Source: Candidatus Doudnabacteria bacterium (GTDB lineage Bacteria; Patescibacteriota; JABMPQ01; JAGQLO01). Taken from it: a DNA stretch of 64,000 nucleotides. Position 1 is the first letter of the stretch. Each line of letters starts with the position of its first letter. Where the stretch lies: the NCBI GenBank assembly GCA_020429185.1, contig JAGQLO010000001.1, forward strand, positions 1,723 through 65,722, in the 5' to 3' direction. The position numbers were made by a program, and so were the translations under genes. This document shows, in pieces, positions 58,638 to 64,000 of this stretch. The notes below the pieces were generated by a model that was not told the origin of the DNA, did not search any database, and worked only from the letters and a program-made list of their open reading frames with translations.

Positions 58638-60020
58638 TTAGGACCCGAACTTTCGGCCAAACACAACACGAAGAGTTCGAAATAGAATACTAAGGTCCAT
58701 ACGAAGTGACCAGTTTTCCATGTAGTACGTATCCAACCGCACTTCTTCTTCAAAGTCGAGGTCAGAACTTCCAGACACCTGCGCCAACCCTGTCATTCCA
58801 CTATTAATACCGAGAACGCGCCTATGGTGTGCCTCGTACTGCTCCACCTCTGCTGGAAGATGTGGCCGAGGCCCAACCAAGCTCATTTCTCCACGCAAGA
58901 CATTCCACAACTGTGGAAGCTCATCGATACGCGTTGCACGAATGAATCGACCAACCCTTGTCACACGAGGATCATTCTCAATCTTAAATAATGGCCCCGT
59001 TCGCTCATTTTGCTCCATGAGTTTCGCCTTCAGCTTGTCGGCGTCTTTGACCATCGAACGAAATTTCCACAACTTAAACATTCCGGTCTTATTCACACGC
59101 TGCGATCCATAAAAGATAGGGCCAGACGAATCAAGTTTGACCCAAATCGCCGTCACCAAGAAAACAGGTGAAAAAAGCACAAGGAAAAGAAGTGCTCCCA
59201 CAATGTCGATAATGCGCTTCAAAATGCGATACCACCCCTCAAGAGGTGTGTGCCGAATTTCAAACAACGGAATCCCTCCCACATCGTGCACATCAAAGTT
59301 TGAAAGAGTTCCAAACAGATCTGGAACAATCGCAAATTCCCATTTCTGTTCTTCTGAAAGCTGGTGCAATTGCAGCAACAATTCCTGATCAAACGCAGTT
59401 GTATTCGTCACAATCACCTCATCGATACCAGGATTCTTCGCGAACTGCTTGAGTTTTTTCAGGACACCCTCCGACAATGTTTCGTATTCAGCGACCACAT
59501 TGTGACCAAGCGACGCTTTTTGGTAGATCTGTGATAAACGCTCACCCGTCTTCCCATTTCCAAGAATGACAACGCGGTGCAACCCGACACCACGCTTAAA
59601 GAACATCACCCGAATACGACGAAGCAAAAACCGTCCAAGCGTGATACAAGTAACTGCTAACAACCACACTGAAATCACCAAAAAGCGCGACTCATACAGC
59701 TCTCGCGTAAAGAAAACGTACACAATAAAGACGGTCACAGCCACCGTCATCCCAATAAACGCCTTGATCAAATCGTCCGTGACATTGCGATGGCGGCGAA
59801 TCTGATAAAAACCCAATGAGGCAAAAATCAGAAGTGCGACAGGGGCTGCAATAGCAACAAGCTCCAAAAACTCCCAAAGCGTTGTTTCAAACTCAACCGG
59901 ACGCGCCTCTGTAAAGATATCTAAAAACCGCAGACCGAAGGCGGCTGCAGCAGCCAGAAGGATCATGAGGTAATCCAACGGCACCAAAAGCGCAGTGAAC
60001 AATAATTCTGAACGCTTCAT
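58638..60020 (-). CDS. Undecaprenyl-phosphate sugar phosphotransferase (WbaP / bacterial sugar transferase family)
   Basis: C-terminal PRVTRVGRFIRATRIDELPQLWNVLRGEMSLVGPRP signature. Start set at MKRSELLF (60020). Confidence 0.85.
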   Translation of the reverse strand: MKRSELLFTALLVPLDYLMILLAAAAAFGLRFLDIFTEARPVEFETTLWEFLELVAIAAPVALLIFASLGFYQIRRHRNVTDDLIKAFIGMTVAVTVFIVYVFFTRELYESRFLVISVWLLAVTCITLGRFLLRRIRVMFFKRGVGLHRVVILGNGKTGERLSQIYQKASLGHNVVAEYETLSEGVLKKLKQFAKNPGIDEVIVTNTTAFDQELLLQLHQLSEEQKWEFAIVPDLFGTLSNFDVHDVGGIPLFEIRHTPLEGWYRILKRIIDIVGALLFLVLFSPVFLVTAIWVKLDSSGPIFYGSQRVNKTGMFKLWKFRSMVKDADKLKAKLMEQNERTGPLFKIENDPRVTRVGRFIRATRIDELPQLWNVLRGEMSLVGPRPHLPAEVEQYEAHHRRVLGINSGMTGLAQVSGSSDLDFEEEVRLDTYYMENWSLRMDLSILFRTLRVVFGRKFGS

Positions 60021-60095
60021 AACAAAAACAGCGTAGCGACTTTTTACCTCTCCGTCGAGAGAAAAAGTGGTGTATGAAGATGTATGATCTGCTTT

Positions 60096-60532
60096 GAGCG
60101 AACGCGAGTTGTACGCCGAATTTTGTCTACATAACACGCGAACGTGACATGGAGATGGTCATCTATCTAGGCCCATTGTTACCAATAGGCTCGAGCAATC
60201 TACCCGCTGCTCACAACTCGACTCGAGAGCGACTTGTGACAGCCTATATGATCTTGCACCAGATCGGGTTTACCCCACATGCATGTCACCATGCACATCC
60301 GTGAGCTCTTACCTCACACTTTTCAGCCTTACCTGTTCCGTCTTGCGACGGCCATCGGCGGTATATGTCTCTGTGGCACGAGCCCTACACTCCTGTCACT
60401 TCTTGCGAAGCCGCAGTGCGGTTGGCGTTACCAACGATCATGCTCCGCTATTCACATAACGGGGTGTTCGGACGTTCCTCGGGCTCGCTTAGTTGCCTAA
60501 CCGAGCACGCGACCATCCACTCGCATTCGCTC
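60096..60532 (-). ncRNA. rnpB: RNase P RNA (bacterial type), about 437 nt. Found by sequence pattern; not in the ORF track.
   Basis: Minus-strand sequence contains CGAGGAACGTCCG (P4 5' strand), ACCGCCGATGGCCGTCGCAAGACGGAACAGGTAAGGCTGAAAAGTGTGAGGTAAGAGCTCAC, GGGGTAAACCCGATCTGGTGCAAG and GGGCCTAGATAGATGAC. All are close matches to the E. coli M1 RNA conserved regions. P1 pairing: GAGCGAAUGCGAGU / ACUCGCGUUCGCUC. Confidence 0.75.
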
Positions 60533-60598
60533 AAAAAAGATCAACTCCGACCTGCGCAGAATAGCCACTTGACAGAAAAAGTCAATATGGCAAAAACA

Positions 60599-61006
60599 CT
60601 AACTCAACTGTGCATCTAAGGCCTCGTTCACAAGACGATCCGCCTCTTTGTTTTCTTCACGCGGCACATGCGTATAGGTTACACGTTCAAACTGACCTTC
60701 GAGCTCTTTGACCGCTGCCGCAAGTGGCTTCATATCCTTATGCTTCACCCGATACACCCCGGTCATTTGCTTCACAATGAGTTCGGAATCCATGTGGACG
60801 GCAACCTCGTCTGCATGTTGCTCACGCGCCATTTCTAACCCACGGATAAGCGCAGAGTATTCTGCCACATTGTTCGTAGCCGTACCGAGATACTCGCCAA
60901 CACCGTCTACCTCAACTCCATCTTCGTCATACAACACCGCACCAAGCGCAGCGGGCCCAGGGTTTCCACGTGATCCACCATCTGTAAACAATGTGAGTGT
61001 TCTCAT
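60599..61006 (-). CDS. rnhA: Ribonuclease HI
   Basis: TDGGSRGNPGPA ... catalytic D/E/D residues. Confidence 0.9.
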   Translation of the reverse strand: MRTLTLFTDGGSRGNPGPAALGAVLYDEDGVEVDGVGEYLGTATNNVAEYSALIRGLEMAREQHADEVAVHMDSELIVKQMTGVYRVKHKDMKPLAAAVKELEGQFERVTYTHVPREENKEADRLVNEALDAQLS

Positions 61007-61011
61007 AGATC

Positions 61012-62874
61012 TTACTCAAATCCACCAGCCTCCTCTGATACTTCTTCTTCAACGTGTGCACCTGCTTTCTGCAAATCAACGATCTTCAACTGAATAGAGC
61101 GTGTGCCGTTCCATTCATTTACATCCACCTCGTACACCACGTCCACTTTATCTCCCTGCACAATGTCTCCCGCATGATTTCCCAAACCGAATCCGATCGA
61201 CTCCATCAAGCAACTTGAAGCACGACACTGTACTGGCATATGTGGATCCAATTCGGCATCGCGCTGAACTCCCACACAGAGACCATGACCATCACACGCT
61301 TCGGCATGAAGGCGTAGCTTCAAGTGATCATCTCCCTGCCCAACAGTACGAATCTCAGCCACCTCAACACCACGAGACAAAAAGATGGGACGTGGGTTCG
61401 CAATACCCGTTGGCTCCAATTTCATGACAAGATCAACAACATCCCAGTCAACATGTGAAAGTGGAAGTTCCATATCAATTTCCAATGTTTTCCGCAGATC
61501 AGATTCCTTTAACTGTTCTCGTGCATATCTCTCAATTCCTTCCTTGAATTTCTCTAAATTCTCAACGAGCATCGAACACCCTGCCGCCATCTTATGTCCT
61601 CCAAACGTTGTAAGAAGTTCTTTCTGACTCCGAATAGCCTCAACAACATCGAAGCCCTTAATACTTCGAGCGGATCCGGTTACCGTTCCATCTTCTCGAA
61701 TCGAAAGAATAAACGTTGGACGCGCAAAACGTTCTGTTACACGGCCGGCAACAATTCCCACAACACCTTGCGACCAATTGTCGGAAGCAGCAAACAACAC
61801 ACGCTGATCACCCGGATCCCCAATCTGCTCCATCGCCTCTTCCGAAATCGCTATTGTCATGTCGCGACGCTCCGCATTGGTCTTTTCAACCTCCTCTGCA
61901 AGCCGCTCAACCGTTTCTTCATCGGTAGACGTCAACAGTTCGTACGCAGTATTTGCATGCTTAATACGACCAGCCGCATTAATACGCGGCCCGAGAATGA
62001 ATCCAATACTTCCAGCCTGTAACTTATCTTTTGTGAGATTCGCCTTCTCCATCATTGCCTTCAATCCAATACGCTTCGTCTTGGCAATGACCTTCAATCC
62101 ATACGTCACAAGAACCCGATTCTCTCCAACGAGAGGCATACAGTCTGCAACCGTTCCAATAGACACAACATCGAGCAACCATTTTTCCTGCCCGTCAGCA
62201 TACCCAGGAAGCACATCTCGATGCTTCTTAATCATGGCTCGTACAAACGTAAACGACATAGCAGCGGCACAATACTCCGCAAACGGATAGCTATGTCCTG
62301 GAATTTTCGGATCGACAATAATGTACTTTGGATCCAAATCTGGCGGCGGCAAATGATGATCCAACACAACAACATCCACGCCAAGCTCGTTGGCGTAGTC
62401 AATCTCAGGAGTATTCGAAACGCCCAGATCGGCCGTAATCACAAGCGTTACCCCCTCCTCTGCAAACCGCTTTAACGTTGGCTTGTTCAATCCATACCCT
62501 TCGGTAACACGGTCAGGCAGGTGCACGGGCACATCTTCAACCTGAGCAAATTCACGCAAGAAGTGCGTCAGCACCGTTGCAGAAGTCACCCCATCCGCAT
62601 CGTAGTCACAAAACAACGCAATCTTCTCCTTCCCCTTTAAGGCCTTTGCCACACGATCAACCGCACGATCCATATTTGGCATCAGAAGCGGATCAGCAAG
62701 ATCCGTATCGTAATCCGGATGAAAGAAGTGAGCTGTTTCTCCTTGCATCACTGCAGCCGCGAGCTGCTTTCGGTTCGCAAGTATTTGCAAAAAGACCGGA
62801 TGCTCCTGCAATGGATACGCCGTTGGGTCAACACGCGGATGCAAGACCCATTTTCGTTTGATATCAGAATCCAT
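61012..62874 (-). CDS. recJ: Single-stranded-DNA-specific exonuclease RecJ
   Basis: DHH (DYDADGVTS, VVLDHH) and DHHA1 domains. Confidence 0.9.
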   Translation of the reverse strand: MDSDIKRKWVLHPRVDPTAYPLQEHPVFLQILANRKQLAAAVMQGETAHFFHPDYDTDLADPLLMPNMDRAVDRVAKALKGKEKIALFCDYDADGVTSATVLTHFLREFAQVEDVPVHLPDRVTEGYGLNKPTLKRFAEEGVTLVITADLGVSNTPEIDYANELGVDVVVLDHHLPPPDLDPKYIIVDPKIPGHSYPFAEYCAAAMSFTFVRAMIKKHRDVLPGYADGQEKWLLDVVSIGTVADCMPLVGENRVLVTYGLKVIAKTKRIGLKAMMEKANLTKDKLQAGSIGFILGPRINAAGRIKHANTAYELLTSTDEETVERLAEEVEKTNAERRDMTIAISEEAMEQIGDPGDQRVLFAASDNWSQGVVGIVAGRVTERFARPTFILSIREDGTVTGSARSIKGFDVVEAIRSQKELLTTFGGHKMAAGCSMLVENLEKFKEGIERYAREQLKESDLRKTLEIDMELPLSHVDWDVVDLVMKLEPTGIANPRPIFLSRGVEVAEIRTVGQGDDHLKLRLHAEACDGHGLCVGVQRDAELDPHMPVQCRASSCLMESIGFGLGNHAGDIVQGDKVDVVYEVDVNEWNGTRSIQLKIVDLQKAGAHVEEEVSEEAGGFE

Positions 62875-62907
62875 AGATACAAATTCAGTAGCCTTCGAAA
62901 TCGAAGA

Positions 62908-64000
62908 TCAGAGCATATCGCGCAAACTCGTTCCTGTCATCTCTTCCGGAATCGGAAGTCCCATAATGTCCAATACAGTCGGAGCCACGTCGGCAAGCAC
63001 GCCAACAGGCTCCTGTAACCAAAGCAACAACTCGTCTTCTGTTGCCTCGCGCTCCTTACCAATCTCACACAACAAAAACGGAACAGGATTAGAGGTGTGC
63101 GATTTATCAATTTCACCACTACGTAGATTCTTCATAACCTCGGCGTTGCCATGATCCGCAGTCACTAGAAGCGCACCCCCCATCGCCTTAACCTGTTCCC
63201 ACACACGACCAAGCTGCCCATCAAGAAACTCGATTGATTCTATCGCAGCCTCGACATTCGCCGTATGCCCAACCATATCCGGATTTGCAAAGTTCACGAG
63301 ATAAAAATCATGTTCACCGACTTTCAGAGCTTCAAGTAGCGCATCTGCTACCCCTTCAGCACTCATTTCTGGCGCCTCATCATAACTTTTCACTGGAACA
63401 GAAGGAATGAGTTGCCGCTGTTCTTGTTCAAACGGATCAATACGACCAGCAGAGAAGAATACGGTGATGTGCGCATACTTCTCCGTCTCTGCTACACGGA
63501 ACTGCTTCTTGCCTGCCAGCGAAATCACTTCCCCTAATGAATTGGCAATATGATCTGTCGGAAACGCGATCTCTACTGGAAGATTGTTGTCATACTCTGT
63601 CATCGTCACGAACAACAGGTCCTTCAGGAGTGCGGTTCGCCCTACTTTTTCATCGATTCCAGGGAGTACAAATGCTTTCGTAAGCTGCTTCGCACGGTCA
63701 CTTCGATAGTTACTGTAAATGACCGCATCACCATCTTGAACTCGGGCAACTGGCTCACCCTTCTGTTCAATCACAGACGGTACAAATGATTCATCGAACA
63801 CGCCCTCCGAATACGCTTGCTTCAATGCCTTTTTCGGATCTTTCACACGTGGCCCCTCTGCATCTACCATTGCATGATAGGCCTGCGCAATACGATCCCA
63901 ATGATTGTCACGATCCATGGCAAAAAACCGCCCAGAAAGTGTCGCAAGCTTTCCTACCTTCAACTTCTTCATTTTCTTCTGAAGTCGAGCGACGTATTCA
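62908..64000 (-). CDS. gpmI: 2,3-bisphosphoglycerate-independent phosphoglycerate mutase, C-terminal about 360 aa. The 5' end lies beyond the window edge.
   Basis: LSGRFFAMDRDNHWDRI and downstream iPGM transferase-domain motifs. The frame stays open to position 64000. Confidence 0.85.
   Translation of the reverse strand, partial: EYVARLQKKMKKLKVGKLATLSGRFFAMDRDNHWDRIAQAYHAMVDAEGPRVKDPKKALKQAYSEGVFDESFVPSVIEQKGEPVARVQDGDAVIYSNYRSDRAKQLTKAFVLPGIDEKVGRTALLKDLLFVTMTEYDNNLPVEIAFPTDHIANSLGEVISLAGKKQFRVAETEKYAHITVFFSAGRIDPFEQEQRQLIPSVPVKSYDEAPEMSAEGVADALLEALKVGEHDFYLVNFANPDMVGHTANVEAAIESIEFLDGQLGRVWEQVKAMGGALLVTADHGNAEVMKNLRSGEIDKSHTSNPVPFLLCEIGKEREATEDELLLWLQEPVGVLADVAPTVLDIMGLPIPEEMTGTSLRDML

Noticed and set aside
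1-64000. CRISPR arrays, tRNA genes, IS elements/transposases, integrases
   Set aside because: No direct-repeat/spacer periodicity was seen. Intergenic gaps are too short or lack cloverleaf-compatible sequence. No transposase- or integrase-like ORFs were recognised. A tRNAscan or cmscan run would be needed to exclude tRNAs formally.

Overview
The window is a gene-dense chromosomal segment of about 50% GC, with most genes on the minus strand. Several features point to a reduced-genome bacterium, possibly a Patescibacteria/CPR-like lineage. These features are a split transketolase, a 615-aa AlaRS lacking the C-terminal domain, a DUF4012 protein and a protein carrying only sigma-70 region 4. The lineage assignment is inference only.

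Recognisable content falls into these blocks:
- cell-envelope genes: mraY, dacA-like, lgt;
- a pentose-phosphate module: split tkt, rpe, rpiB, PfkB kinase;
- a queuosine-precursor transporter (YhhQ family);
- a gldA/gldF/gldG-like ABC operon with a DUF4340 gene;
- the ribosomal alpha operon: rpsI, rplM, rplQ, rpoA, rpsD, rpsK, rpsM, rpmJ, infA (rpmJ is a 37-aa gene found by translating the minus strand by hand);
- ftsA followed by an unusual STAS-like/TM protein rather than ftsZ;
- alaS, mnmA, mscS, nth;
- a surface-protein cluster: a metallophosphoesterase, a 913-aa protein with an alpha/alpha-toroid and an FG-GAP beta-propeller, and a DUF4430 protein;
- an SOS cassette: SulA/ImuA-like, lexA, doxX, dinB;
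- a soluble VirD4/TrwB-like coupling-protein ATPase with a partner membrane protein and a protein carrying only sigma-70 region 4;
- a large glycan/cell-envelope locus: WecA-like, a GT2 with QxxRW, ftsQ-like, lepA, murJ, DUF4012, three GT4 genes, Wzz-like, WbaP;
- an RNase P RNA gene (rnpB), found by sequence pattern, not from the ORF track;
- rnhA, recJ and a 5'-truncated gpmI.

No CRISPR array, tRNA or obvious IS element was seen.

The most notable observations are:
- two short GC-rich islands (about 60-63% GC), one holding the only plus-strand gene in a 14-kb minus-strand block;
- the T4CP-like ATPase operon directly upstream of the SOS genes;
- a possible split transcobalamin-like surface binding module (alpha/alpha-toroid protein plus DUF4430);
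- a 55-aa repeat module shared by two unrelated secreted proteins.
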